A DNA stretch of 64,000 nt from positions 2,542,001 to 2,606,000 of the forward strand of contig JAYWIR010000006.1 of NCBI GenBank assembly GCA_036172245.1, in the 5' to 3' direction. This DNA comes from Raillietiella orientalis. Its lineage: Eukaryota. The notes beneath the pieces are model-generated. The model was not told the DNA's origin, made no database searches, and was given only the letters and a program-made list of their open reading frames with translations. Made by a program: the position numbers and the translations under genes. This document shows, piece by piece, positions 25,677-39,299 of the stretch (the stretch's first letter is position 1; the number at the start of each line of letters is the position of its first letter).

Positions 25677-26940
25677 TTGTTACAAGGCATTCCACTATAA
25701 ACCTCAGGATCACTCAAAAGTAAAATTTTATGTATTTACTGCTTTATTGTGTTTCTTTTCTTCTTTGCCACCTTTAGGTCTGAGTGAGCTGACAAAGACT
25801 GGTAACAGTGTCTTCTCATGTTGACCCTGTTGCTGAGCATGCTGCTCCACTGTTTCTATTTCTCGCAAATGATTCCAAATGCTAGCCTATCAAAAGAACA
25901 TTGTTTAAGAATTTCCAGAAGGTGGAACAGCTTACTGCATATTCAAGTTCTCTCTGTATGTGCTTACGTAAACTAGGGGAACATTGTACAGGTTGGCCAT
26001 TTTTGTAGGAATAATCAGGATTATCCATTAAACCACCATATGAATTTGGATTAGCAGGTGACCCATGCCTAAAACACTTCTGCTTAAAGGCATGTTTTCA
26101 CTGTTAGACACTTTGTCCTGTTGGCAAATTTTACTATTTCAAATGCTCCACTTCAATTAGTGAATGCAAGCTTCAATTTTCAACTGCAACATGTGGTTTG
26201 TTTCATGCCACCACATTCATAGAAGCTGTTCAATGACATGTAGCACGTAGAATTGCCACATGGTGTGGGAATTTGTCTTAATGCATATACTCACCGCTTC
26301 CTCCACTGTGCTCCAGCACAAACGACCGAATCACTCCGGAAACATGCACACAGCTGCACGTGTGCACCATATTGTGGTTTTAAAATTGAACCTGGGCAAA
26401 AGCATGCTGAGTTAATGACACAAGAAAGCTTTCATTTACCAACACAACACGATACGATTTTTGCCATTCGTCCCAAACTGGCTTTAAGTTATCGCAAAAG
26501 TAATCAACTTCTGTTTCTTCTGTTCTGTGTAATAATAAAACTGAAATAAATCACCCGTGCTTCACCTATTTCACCACCTCTGAGGACGAAAACATGTTTA
26601 ATGAAGAGTTAAACCACATGATGACATCATCAATCATGAATCTGTACGGTACACACACGTTCATATTCGTTTTCCATTTATACCGTCGGAGTGCACACCG
26701 TCATGGGAAAAGATTTTCACCACAAGCACACGTTTTGTGAGTCCCATTGTGCGCCACACCTCCCAGCGTGCTTGGTGATGGGCCCCCGCGTCAAGCACCA
26801 ACCTCCCAGTGCCAGGGAAAGATAACGCCAATTTAACAAATTCTTATCGATGCTTTTATAATGTGTGCACGAAAGAAGAAGGCGAAGAAAAAAAAGGGGG
26901 GAACATTTTCAGGCCTTCGGCGCGTGTTGGGGTGCATTTC

Positions 26941-26944
26941 AACA

Positions 26945-26977
<33 letters not shown>
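26941..26977. repeat. (CA)n microsatellite; similar tracts at 3700-3732 (CA), 9835-9857 (GA), 2068-2085 (ACA) and 38250-38279 (CAG)
   Basis: Directly visible tandem repeats. Confidence 0.95.
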
Positions 26978-27949
26978 GGCAACGGAGTGGCGAAACTCGG
27001 GGGAGCCATCTCCAACGAAAAAACACTCGGAACACAAAAAAAACCTTCCACGGTGTTTCCAGAACGTTTGGCCGAGTGTGCACAAACCGTCGGTGGCACG
27101 CGAAATTCCTTGGGGCTTCGCAAACGGCGTTCCCACGGTTCGAACCCGTTCTTCCCAGGCCCTCCCACCTGCACGATGACTGTGCGCTATCGCCTTCCTG
27201 GTCGGCATTTTTTTTTTCTTCTTTTTCCACGGACGCTCATCCAAGATAAGCATCCACGCGGGTCTTGCAGCACGAGGGCCTCCGGAGGGTTTCTGGGCCA
27301 CCGAGTCGCAGTTCGCGTTCGTTCGAGGAAGACGGGGAAGCAGGATATTCGACGGCGACCCTCTCCCCACCCGTCCCCCCCCCCCCCTTTTTTTTTCCTT
27401 CTTATTTTTCATGTGTGCAAAAAGACGTCGCCCCCCTCTCTCCCCCCCTCCGGCACGCGTGCATTCGAAGGCAGCGTTTCGTGACCTCGGCTGCAAATCC
27501 CTGCTGGCGAAAACTTCGATGGCTCCGCTTTGTTTTTCTCCACCATTTATCCTCGTTCCTTCCATCCTGGTACTGGCAACGGGATCATGGGTGCCAGATA
27601 CTCCGAATCTTTTTTGGTCAGGGTTAGCAAGCACAAGTCCTCCATCCGGATGCGTTGCATGACAAAAGATGGCGGTCGATAGCAAAAAAGGCCGACACCC
27701 TCGACAAGGTGAAGTTCATTTCGATGCATCTCTATTCACCTAGAATCCGTTTTCTATTTATATGAAAGAGCTGTTCCATAGAAAATTCGAATCACACTAG
27801 TTCCACTCAAAGAAGCAAAAGGAAAGTCAGTGTGAGAGAGAGAGAAAATAGAGAGAAAAGCTCTGCTCTTCAGACTGTCTTTTTTTTTTTTTTTTTTTTC
27901 ATTTTACAAAAATAGGCACCGATATGATAAGAAATGGACAAAAACACAC

Positions 27950-30000
27950 ACATCATGATAGAAAAATTGAGATTCTTTTGATTAGTGCGCCTCGTAAAGA
28001 AATCAACGCAACTGAAGCTCTTCCTTGAGAGAGGATTTTTAGAGGTGAAATACAAATTTTCTTTCGACTTTTCGTACAACTTTACACTTAAGGATAAAAC
28101 ACTCTCATTCGAAAGGAACTGCGAGACTCGATACCAAAAGCTCGATGGCCGGATGGAACCGTCCAATAGCCACAGGCAAAGTGTTGAGAAGTTAATTACA
28201 CCAATGCCACTTCGTTTGTTCGGGAGTTTCCCGAGGCCCGATGTATCCCGATGACGTTCCGCCTTTCGGCGGTGCAACCGCATCCTCTATCCTTAAGGAC
28301 GAACCTCCTTTCACGGAAACTGAGGGATTTTCCAGGGCGGCAACACAAAGACTATCTTAATCGAAGTAATGCAAGCTAAAGGGTTCGAAGGCCGATTGTA
28401 CAAATTGATTCCCTTCAGTATGTTCTCCAAGAAAAATCCTCATGCTTCAAACCGGTGGTAGTCGGATCTTCACACCACGGAACGAAAGCGTGCAGTCCAG
28501 GATTCGCTGAAGAACAGGAACATGTGTGTACACGTTGAGGGAAAATGACGAAGCCGTCAGTTAACGTGAGAATTATGCGTCAATACCGATTTGCTAGCTT
28601 TTATTGGGTTTCCAACGCAACGGTCCTCCATGTACCTTTGCGAATGGCGCTGCCAGTGACTGTTATGACTATTGATCACAAGGGGTCCACAATCTCAAAA
28701 GGGCATCGCAAAATCCTCCGAGCTGGATGGGCGCATCAGAACAGATGCTGGCGGAGAGATCGAAGAGATTCATTCGATGCAGCGAGTTGCTAAGTGGATT
28801 CTACAAGCTTCCCCCCCCCCCCGCTCCCCTCTTCCCGGACTCGAGCCCGGTGCATATCGTTTCTCTGAGGACGACCCCAGTTCTTCCCCCTGCTATCTGG
28901 TGCGCGAACAGCATAAGAATCGCTGGATGAAAAAGCCTTGACTGAGAAGGCACAGTTTTTCTTTTTAACTTTCCCGGAATTTTTTTTTTTCATGACATTT
29001 ATTGTCGAATTTCTGTTCTATGCGGCCTTTGATGAGGAACCGCTCAATCTCGAGCGAAACTCCTCAAAACTGCATCTGCTCGAAACGCTAAATTCGCAAG
29101 ATGTGTGTAAGATACTTCTGATGAAAAGCGAGATGAGATGAAATGAGCTAAGCATGCGAATAGGCAGAACAGGAGCGATGAGCCTCGAAAACATCGAACC
29201 AAAACAGCCAACTGGGAGCCAGGAATTTAAAATGCAGGGCGATTGATTCCACACTTCGACCAAGTGCGAACACAGTTGTATTTCCTTCTGATGAGGACGA
29301 ACTATCGTTTGAAGGTCACTCGAAATATAGACAGAGTACCTAAACTTCCAGTGTTTCGGTTTCCCGAAGAAACCTTCACCCCAGGTTCTGAGGAACCCCA
29401 GATGCTGTGTACAGGAACGAAAGGAACCGTGCAGATCCACCACATCGGTGGCAGAATAGGGATTCGAGAAAACTGAACATGGACGAACCTGAGATGTGCT
29501 GGTCTTCAGGAGCAGTCATTCCATCCGAGCTGGTCATTTGAGTATCCAGTGACCGATTTCCGGAGCTTCCGGTGGAGGCCTTTTGCAAGCTCACCATTCA
29601 TCCCTGCAACCAGGTAATTTTTAGCGAAAGGCACGTTGGTTTTGTAGCTCGGGTTGTCGTCTTCGAAATCCGATTGCAAAACATCGAGCCTGAATCGCTA
29701 ACCCTACACAGTGGAGCAACCTATTCGTTGTGAAATTGAGGTTTGCGTGTTGCTCATGATCACGCAATGGTAGCAGGAGAGAGACAACCTTTGCTCTTCT
29801 CCTCACACTCTCTCGTAGCCACCACCTTGGTCCGGAATAGTGGAAGCACGTTCTCGCAAACTCCCAAAGTATCCCAAGGAACTTGGTTCTCATGTTTACG
29901 AAGATCTTGTGAGGCAAAAAGGTGCACCTAACGCTGTCTCTGAAGACTTTCTTACGCCAACCTATATGAAAGCCTTCTACGACTCAACCACGATCTGCCT
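27950..30000 (+). mobile_element. Decayed Penelope-like retroelement
   Basis: FASFYWVSNATVLHVPLRMALP (about FYGLPKIHKxxVPLRPIV; ORF 28545), CFGFPKK near 29352 (about NGYP), and GGLLQAHHSSLQ...RNPIAKHR near 29575-29690 (about GVVYK..C..C...RIxEH). Many stops and frameshifts. Confidence 0.55.
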
Positions 30001-30937
30001 CCAAGGCTCGCTATAAAACTCAGGAAACCGTGGTCAAGTCAGCAACGTCCCGAAGCTGATATTTCGTTCGAGGAAGATACCCAAGAACAGAAGGTTTCAG
30101 AAATGGAGATCCCGATTCTCAGTATTCGAGAGAGGAAACAGAATTTTTCGTTTTCGAGATTTCTTGCAGTGTCTCTTCGTTGCCCTCTTCGAGGCCCGAG
30201 CTGACTGCCCACTTGCAAAAAAATTCGGGCACGCTAACGGCACTGGCAGTGCATAAGAGGCACTTGTAGGAAATTTCGACGACGAGGCGCAGACGCGCGA
30301 GACCATCAAGCAGTCACGTAAGGAAAATACCGCATGGTAAAAAAAAAAAAAAACGGCCTCAGCCTTCTTCTCTTCAAGGAAGTGTTTCTTCCCTTCACAA
30401 TGTTTCGAGATAAAAACTGCCGGAGCGAGAAAAACTGATTTTTGCAGCGAAAAGGCAAACGGTGCTGGACAGAATCCACGAGGCATTATCTTATCTGTAA
30501 ACCCTGATCGCAACTTGGAAACTGACTGCTCGCGCATTATCACAAAGAAGGAAAGGATGATGAGGGTCGCGTTGAGGAATCGCACTCTTGAGAAACATCG
30601 TGTTTGCCCCTCTCACACATTACCTAAATTGGAATGATAATTGAACGAATATATCAGACTAATGACAACAGCCGACTTAACCATGCTTCACTAACGTCTC
30701 TTTGCAGACGGAATGAACCACCGACGTGGTAGAAAAGCGAACAGAACTTCTGGAACGAACTGACGTTAGGAAACGACGGCAAAATAGAAGGATTTGATGA
30801 GTAAAGACGAGAAGAAAAGGTGAGATACGAAGGCGACAGCAGCTGTGCATTTTTGGAGCTTCTGGTACTGCTTCGTATTAGGATGACTGCAGCGCATCCA
30901 GAGTTGAAGCAAGCATTTCGCAAATAGCAGAGTTGGC

Positions 30938-31710
30938 TTTATTTATTTATTTATTTTACAGGCCAGCCAGCCGCCTCATGGGGGGATCCCTTGGACTAGG
31001 ATGATTATCATCCGGGAATGCCGGGGCAAATTTGGGTTAGGATAATGGAAATCCTTTTGGGTTCTTCTGTTTTCGCTGCTTTCCTTCGAGATTTTTCTTC
31101 TTTTGGTTCCCTAAGTACTCGAGAACCGTCCTCGCCACCTTGGGGGTGGGGAAGGGGGGAGTCTCACAAAGCTCTTTGAGCACCGTCCACGCTACCTGAG
31201 GGAGTAGGTTACTACACGCGCCCTCGTGTGGCGTGGAGCTTTGTGAAGCTTCCCAGGGTTATCTCTAACTTGAAGGAGTCGGGAGGAACACCGTATGAAT
31301 CCGGGAAGGCTACGGAGGAAGGAGTCCGTTCCTCTCCCGCTTGGGGGGGAACCTTCCCGCTGGTTCTCTCCGGATGGACCCTCGTAAAAGGACCATTTCT
31401 CATTTCGTCTCCGAAAGGAACCCGGAAAAGATCTGCTCCTTGTAACTCCTCTGAAGGGAGCCCCGAAGGGAGTAGCGCGCTTCTTACACTTTGGAGAGGC
31501 AACTCCAGAGGGGGGAGGGTGGATCCATTTGCATAACCGGAAGGGAACCCTGGCAGGACCCCGGAGGGTCAAATTTCATCCCGCGGGGGGAAAACCGAAA
31601 TCCACGACGCGCCCATTTCCCTGCACGTCGATCCTCCACGTGGGGACTCGAACCCGCAACGTTTGGTTCCGCGCGGCGCAGACCGCATCCACACGGTCTT
31701 CAAAGCGGCC
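30938..31710 (-). mobile_element. tRNA-derived SINE, near full-length copy (about 770 bp)
   Basis: The head carries Pol III B box GGTTCGAGTCC (31644-31654, minus). The body is shared with copies at 44170, 51130, 56970, 57587 and 58975 (e.g. TTGACCC..GGGTCC, GGATTCATA, CTAACTT-GAAG, GAAAGCAGC..AGAA..CC..AAGGATTTCC). An A-rich tail (TAAA)n lies at 30938-30957. Confidence 0.8.
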
Positions 31711-31949
31711 TTCCGCGCTAGTTTCTTTTGTCCATCAGCTCAGAGACTTCAGAAACCACTTGTCAGTGCATGCTTGTGAGAGCAGCACCGGATCAAGCAG
31801 TGGATGGAAACATGCGATACTAAGGCAAATTATTTAAAGATTCATCACATGCAAAGTGCAGATGTAAGACCGTGAAAGATAAAAAAAGAAAGGCAACAGA
31901 AGTTTGGTAGAAAGCCAGGGGACCCAATCTGGAGGGGGTTCGCGGATCT

Positions 31950-33190
31950 CGTTTTATCGCGAGACTCCAATACCCAAAGAAACGTAAGGAGGGGCGAACC
32001 TACTCTTCCCTTACCAGGCGGTCACACGGGCTTCGAATTTTTCCTCAACAGCGATCCATATCAAGCATCTGGAGCTGAATACTGCCTACCGACGTCTAGA
32101 AAAGTCCTCGGAAAGTGCCATCTTCGCAGGCGTTCTGCCTAACCCCAAATAGCGTCTGCAAGCGAAAAAAGTTCTTCGGTCTGGTAGCGAGTGACACGGG
32201 AATCCGGCCTCTTCCCGTATGGGCGAGTTACCCTTGCTCGAAATATTCTGGGGATCTTGCAAAATGACCCGCGCGCGTTGTACTCACTTTACCACTTTGC
32301 AGCGCGGTCGAGTACGAGACGTGACCCGAAGAGTCAGCCGAGTTTTCCGGAGCGAGTGACGTGTGCCGTTTCTTTGGCGATCTTCGGTCCCGCTTGCTTC
32401 CTCGTTGCGAGCCTTCACTGTGTACTGAGTGGTACAACTGTGTACTGAGTTGGCGCTATACAATCGCCCACGACAGGTGGGATGCAGCGTTCGCGGGGCT
32501 CGCTCTCCTCAGCAAGTAGAAATCACCAAGTCGAGCAGAAGGCGTAGCGCTCCGAAGACAGGAGGAGAGATGGCCGGTGAACGCTGCACGCCAATTGCCG
32601 GTCTTGCACCGGCTGGAGGGGTTTGTACTCTTTCGCACTGCAGCAACCCACAGCGCATTCCCTTCGAGAGCAAAATTCTGGTGCTTCACTTTTTTGCTAC
32701 AGTGGAAAACACCCGAAAGATCACGGCAGACTCTGACGAATCACCTCCAATAAAATAAACCAGCATTCAGTTGGGATCGAAGGCCTTATCGGTCTTGAAG
32801 TGTGCGGTTTGACCGAGATCATACAGCGGCTCTCTCCACTCTATGAAACTGCTTTTCCACGCAGGAGCCCGAATTTCAAAATCACACAGATCCGAGCATC
32901 AGCTGCCAACAACCTCGGAGTGCAGCGATGACCAACGAGGGGATTAGAACGAAAAATTAGAGCTAGTAGTGATTCGAGGGCATGCCAGAAGGAGAAAGTG
33001 AACGGGACATTTGCGATCTAAAGAGGACTTTGGGCGAAAATTGGAGGAGAAGGAGTAAGGGCCTCTGAATTCTGGAAGGACTCCATTTTGCAAAGCAGGG
33101 AAAGCAGGGTGAGTGATAAAAAGCGTGTTCAGTGGGGGTCGCACAGTGGTCCAGGACGAATCGAAGCTTTCAACTCTTACTGATTTCATT
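31950..33190 (-). mobile_element. Penelope-like element relic (C-terminal half)
   Basis: The minus strand at about 32330-32485 reads HPTCR../IAPTQYTV..KARNEE...SLA....SGH across frameshifts (about CxxC..YIGxT....RxxEH...SxLAxH...GH). CGLLQ is shared with the copy at about 47810. Confidence 0.45.
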
Positions 33191-34199
33191 TCGATGTTCG
33201 GAAACCATGATTAAATTCTTAAACATTTAAAATCCAGTAATTGCCGGCCAATGGCATTGTGCTGCTGCTCGCCATATTGCGGGTGAAACTTTCGCATGCA
33301 ACTCGCTACACGCAAGCGGTACTACCGTCGGCGTGCGACGAGGTCATCTCAAAGCAGCATCTCAAAGCAGATGAAGAAAGATTAGGAGAAACAAGGAGAG
33401 GGAAAAAGAAGGCTTGTTCACTAATCTTCTGGGTTAACGCTTGCAGTGTCCGATTCACTGAATCTCGTGAGGGATGCTAGTAGGCGATGCTACTGCGTTT
33501 CAGCTGGTCCTCAATTACTGCCACGTTGCCTGCAAAGCAGTTCGGAATCATGGCGATGGGAAGGCGAATTCCATGAAACGTGTGTGAAGTAAGCAACCGG
33601 CATTACTCAGCAACCATGGAAACAACTGGCATTGCAGTGACGAGGCGCACGAGAGCAAGCAACGAAGGAATGCAACTATTCGACAGCCATGTGGTAGAGT
33701 GAGCATCTTCAGATCAACATCCTTTCGCAAGCAACAGGGAAGCATCTGGAGCTGGCACAGACCCCGAATACATGACTGTTTCACGCCGATGTACATCCAG
33801 CATCTCAGATCATTAAATCGAATGCCCAAGTAAACTGCAGCGGCAACCTAGCAAACTGACAAGATTAATGGACCAAAGCTCAACACCGGTGTAGGTGCAC
33901 AGTCTACCTTATTTATTGCAAGTGGTTATTGGTGATGAGATTTTAAAAGTGGGTGTAGCATAATGAATTATTAGAGGTTCTTGGTATGACGTATTTACGT
34001 ATATGGGTGACTTGATATGCTGATGAGCATCACTAAGAGAAGACACGGTTGCGGCCTAGCGTTTTGTTGTCTGAGGCTTTGTCATAAATAAGATATAATG
34101 TAGTCACATGTAGCAACCAGCATAATGAGAGCCCTAGTTTGCAGAATGAATGACCACACAAGGACACACAATTCCCAACATATACTCAAATAGCCTTCA

Positions 34200-35500
34200 A
34201 AATCCTTCCGCTCGTTACCATCATTTGGAGGATAAGGGAGCTTCGTTCTTGAGTATAGTCAGTTCTCAGTATTCCAGCCGAAGAACTTTCTTGTGTGCAA
34301 GCAAGCAGAAGGGCGAAAGACTCGAAGGTTCAGATGAAGACGAAGGAAAAGCTGTTTCTCAGAGAACAACCCAGCAACTCTACTTTTTTGGTAGATACTT
34401 TTCAGGGGGCGAACGGCGCGTCAGGACGTCCTTGGATGGAGCTCCTGGACATCGGCTTTCCAAAAGTGCAAAACCGCCGTGAAACACAGACACAGACGCA
34501 CACGTGGTGGTCCGCGAAACAGAAGCATCAGCGAAGAGGAATCGGAACCAAACCATTTCCGTTGTCGTGTTGCATCCTTCCTCTTCGGAATTCGCAATGT
34601 CGGACGCGGACGGCATCTCCGATGAAGCTCTCGCAGCAGCATCAGAACGCCAGAAGCTTTTTCCAAGATCGGCCTGCATCGACGGTTTGCAGACAGGTCA
34701 CGTTCGGGACGTTTGCTTCAGCTACGTAAATACCCACAAGAGGGGACTCCAATTGCATGCGGTGCGGGACGCGCAGGTCAGCTGCGAACGGAAGACGGAA
34801 AAAACGAGCAAACGAAACTAAAGAAGGAAAATAAAGAAATAAGCGAAATCGAATAGAGCACATCTACAGGGAGGAAGAAGTTGCCGTCACCAGGTCGCTG
34901 CACGGAAAGGATGGGAAAAAGGGGATGGACAGGCAACAGGCATCTGAGACGCCGGCTCTGCAGTCCGTCTGCAGCGCCAGCCATCATCCCCTCATGGAAG
35001 GATGAAGCAAACAGCCCTTCTCCGCAGCGTGGCAGGTCGAGGCTGACTCTCGGATGCGGCAGCTGTTGCCAGGAGTTGCCCGCGTCAGCGGTTGAGGGCC
35101 GAGAAGTAGCGCCGTCGGAATCGAAGATCGGATCCGGAGGTGCGCCCTACGTTTCCTCGGAAACCAACTTGCCAGCACGGATGGGAGCTGCTGGGCGTTC
35201 CTTTCGGCGTTTCCTGAGTGCTCGACGCAAGCCGACCACGCGAAAGCACGCCGGCAGCGTGCCGGAAGGTGTGCCAAGGAAAGAAGTGAAAATACTGGAA
35301 CCAAGCGCGCTGCTCCTTTCCACCACCGGAGGAACCCGGGAGCGTCGTTTCGCCCGATCACTGCCGTGGCACTGTCGTCCTGAGGTCACAAACATGTTCC
35401 TCGCTAGCTGCAAACTCTTCAGCTCAGCGAAATGGTGGTTGTGCCGCCCGACGTCCGGTATAGCGGTGGGCTCCCGAGTCTCCAGCAGCTGCGACCATGC
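34200..35500 (-). mobile_element. Possible Penelope-like RT relic
   Basis: QLESPLVGIYVAE (about MGSPLS..LA) in ORF 34642..34863, with weak downstream RT-like residues. Very degenerate. Confidence 0.3.
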
Positions 35501-36492
35501 TATTTGTCTTTGTATGTGTCCGCGGAACGACGATGCCCGGGACGCCGCAGGCTTTGCGCGGGAGCGAGAGACCCCACTTCCTTCCCCAGCGCGGAGAGAA
35601 AAGCTGCGGGTTCGAATCCCGGCGGGTGAACCTTCCCGGCAGAGGCCGTTCCTCAACCAGGAGCGTCTTCCACAGAGAGGAAGCTGGAGAGGTCGAGGAA
35701 ACGCGTGGACGTTTCCGAGGAACAACCCCAACATTTTTTTTTAATGAAATCAACCATAAAATGATTCTTAAAAATGCCTTTCTGATCATTTAATCAGGAT
35801 ATGTCAATTCATATTGTCAATTTCATTTAATCCCACTGAAACTCGTCAGTAATATACACCTTATGCAACGTGGAATTCCTACAACGCGGGGTACGGGTTC
35901 CGCGTTATACGAGCCCTATGGGTTATACATGGATAATATACTAGGATTCATAAAAAATAAAAAGTGCGCCTTAAATGATGCAGTAGTGGGATGTTCACCG
36001 TCTAAATTCAAAACAAAAAGGGAAAAAGTGAAAGCGTTACTATTTTATATAACTTTAATGAAAGAAAGCTTTTCGAGTTTTGCTGTCAGCTCTTGCATTC
36101 TTGTTGTTGAAAAGTGCATCTTATTGCGCTGCGAAACGCTAGCAAAAAGGAAAAGGAATTTTTTATAACGTGAAAAAAAGCAATAAGAAGAAAAGTCAAC
36201 CAATTTTTAAATGGCGTGTTTGCCAAGAAAAAAAAAAAGAAAAGACAGCTGGGAACCAATTACAGTGCATCCGCAGCGCTGTATGGGGCCGCTTTACCGC
36301 GTTATGCGAGGAAAGTCGACGTTTGCTTTCGTGGCCGCAGTTCTACGAATCCTCGCTGTGCGGGGGGTCTGCTGTGTATTTACGTGATCACTATTTATTT
36401 AAACTATATTCTGGCACGAACCATAGTGCTCATAATGATACTTTCGAGGGGAGTAAGAGCATCCTTCAATTGATGAGCGTCCGAAATTTTGA

Positions 36493-37646
36493 CCCTCCAT
36501 AGGCCCGCGTGACTTTGAAGTCACATACCGGTATAACGATACCCTACTGATGTATTTAATTTTTCACCGCAAGGTGGCACATACGTCTTGTTATATGACG
36601 TCTCCCTGGTAACCAGCAACCGTCTCGGCGACGCATGTCAACTCGAACCCGGTATCTCCAGGTGGATGCTTTTGCAGGTTGTCAAGTGCAGATAAAAGTT
36701 GTTCGAACCATCCCGTGCAGTTGTCATTATTTTTTGTTCTGTCGGTGTTTCGACAAGCAAGAAAAAGCCTACGTAATGGCTCTTGGTTTGTACATCAGTA
36801 ATCTCTTATATGTCTGCACTTAGACAACCATCTCGTTATCATTTTCGCATGATACAGCTTTGTGACTTGAGAGTGACAATGAGCTGTAATGGTGGGATTC
36901 GGTGTATTTGCGATGACGCCTGCGTTTTCTTTTCTTTTTTTTTTTCGTTTTATTTACTGGAGGCCTAAAGCATGAATACCAAAGCATATAAAAATCAAAG
37001 AGTAGTAGGAATAAGAAGCATTAGAGGTAATAGGTCTGCGGGATTCTTCATTGGAATCTGGCTCGGACGAAAATCAGCCAACAGAGTTTACCCGACGACC
37101 TATAAATATTATTGATAGCGACGATGAATTGAGTGGTGAATCATCATCAGATGATGGAAATTTGAAATTAGCACAGAAATTTCATGGCAATCAGTATCCC
37201 ATTCGAAAAACAGTCTCCATCTTCCTTGGAAAGGAAACTGTCCTGGAGATCCTGAAGCACCCTACTCTCCTATGACCTATTTCCCAGAATTATTTGATGA
37301 CGAAATTATAAGTACTACAGTTGACTATACGAATGCATATGCACTGCAACGTGATCCAGCAAAACCCATAGGTGTTGCATCTAATGAAACAGAGCGATTC
37401 TTGGTTGTTTTTTTATATCAATCTACGGGTTGTTTCATGGAATTCCACATTTAAGCTTTTATACGCAAAAGCGCAAACGCCCACCGTACGCCCTTGTAAC
37501 ACCAAAGTTACAAAGCGTATTCGTTATAATAAAATCATTTAAACTACTGAATTCATTATTAATTTGTATGTAGAGGTTGATATTTGTTGACCCCATGTTG
37601 ACATAAATTTTTTTATAGCCTTAAAAGAAATTCGGACTATAGAAGG
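36493..37646 (+). mobile_element. Internally deleted piggyBac-family DNA transposon
   Basis: The ends are TTGA|CCCTCCATAGGCC ... CGGACTATAGAAGG|TTAA (imperfect TIRs; TTAA-type TSD mutated on the left). A subterminal palindrome GTGACTT-TG-AAGTCAC lies at about 36509-36524. A frameshifted transposase N-terminus has acidic DSDDELSGESSSDD followed by YFPELFDDEIISTTVDYTNAYA...ETERFL (37051-37454). Confidence 0.85.
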
Positions 37647-39299
37647 TTAAAAAAAGAATACTCCGCATTCCATAGTATGGTAAAGACACACGCTAATACA
37701 TGCGATTAATTAATTCTTCGGATGGAGGAATGCAGTAATTGTTTTAGTAATTATGCCGACGTGCATGATGCCTGCTGACGTTCGCGTAGAGGCAGCGCCG
37801 CTCACCATTCCGGCGTGCCTTTGCGGCCACGCCACTCCGAACAAGCTCCTGGTTTTTTGGAGGGGTGCAGCCCTGCTTCCCACGTAGGGAAGAGCCGTGC
37901 CATCTTGAGCGTTTGCTTAGAAGATGGCAGTCTGCTGCTCCGCCTCTCACCAGCTCGCAATTCGCTCACTCGTCAGTGTGGCCCTCTTCAAAAACGCAGG
38001 GCTCATGGTGGTTACTTGCAAGTCTGCCGAACTCCCCCCCCCTCCCCGCCTCCCCCCCTTCCCAATTCAAGTACGGGATTGCGGCGTCCGGTGCGTGAAC
38101 GAAGATGACATTTCCGTCCCCTGCGGGCGTGCCACCCTCGGAGATGGACCGTGCAGGCGTTGCCTTTCAGCAGGCGGGAAGAGGCGCTGAGGTGGATCCC
38201 GAAGTACCCTACAAAGACGGCGCAAAGAGCCGCGAGAAAAGACCAGCGTGCAGCAAGCAGCAGCAGCAGCAGCAGCAGCTAGGTTCGAGTTTGGCACCCT
38301 GCAAGACGAGATCCCTCGCCCTCCACCTCGGAGGTTCCTTGCTGAGTTGTCCAGCGAAGGGCAGCTTCGTGCTACCAGCTCGTTGCATCGTACGTCTGTC
38401 GCTTTCACGGAGAGGGAAAAAAAAACGCTTTTGCGGGCTCGCTCTGTTGGTCAGGAGGTCGGATTCGGACGAGGAGCGACGTCCGCGTTCCTCCCTCCCT
38501 TCTCCCCCTCTGTTCATACCGTTTGCCCTCAAGGCTGTCAGGATGTCTTTCCGGCCAAGGTCCAGTTTTCTTCTTGCCGCTCTGTCACGCTTCGCGAGTG
38601 CATCGTCCACCGGGTCCTTTCTTCTCCCTCGACCTCCTGCCATCGCCCTTCCGATAGGCCTCTTTCATCTCGCTTTGGAGCGAGTGGAAAAGGAGGGCAA
38701 AGAGGAGCGGAGAAATCAGAGGGACAGAGGTTGCACCGCTGCCTCCACACAGCCTTCTCCACGCTCTGGACTGTCGTGCAGCTTAAGATCCAGCGGCTGC
38801 CCAGTGAGGTCGCTGCAGCTCTCTCCGGGGGAGAACAAGAAGTTGGAAGAGGGGGGGGGGGAAAGGCGCCACAATCTTATGCGCTCCGCTTCGTGCAGAG
38901 TCTGCGCAAAGGGAGCGAACGAGCGAACGAACGAGATGGTCCGTGGACCACCTCCCTCCGTACTCTTCCTTCCTCCTCGTTGTCATCATCAGCGTCCCGC
39001 TCATGATCACCATTCTGATAGCCGTCATCACAAGAAAACACTACCACCCGTTTTTCCTTTCCTTCCCCTCTCACTTTCGTACTTTCCCCTTCCCTATCTC
39101 TTGCCTTCCTGAGGAAGGGCGGGAATGTCCAGGGATTGGGCGAGAGTGGGACCGCAGGACTGAACGCTGACGGTGTTGGTCTCGGAGCCACCACCACGTG
39201 AGTCCCCCACTCCTTGAGCGCGGGACCCTGAGCTGAAAATCGGGCGAGGACGCAGCGGGCTGCCAGGTGACTGGAGAAGACCGAACGACCTTTCCTGCC

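Noticed and set aside
26170..26560. Good minus-strand splice sites (GCG|GTGAGT near 26295, TTG|GTAAAT near 26440) suggesting exons
   Set aside because: No consistent recognisable reading frame could be assembled.
31640..31710. tRNA-like sequences with B boxes (also near 35610, 51181 and 58008)
   Set aside because: They do not form complete cloverleaves, and most continue into a shared repeat body, so they are treated as SINE heads rather than tRNA genes.
33890..34158. Possible solo LTRs (TG...CA blocks; also about 43762-44097 and 59308-59747)
   Set aside because: No matching target-site duplications, PBS or PPT could be confirmed.
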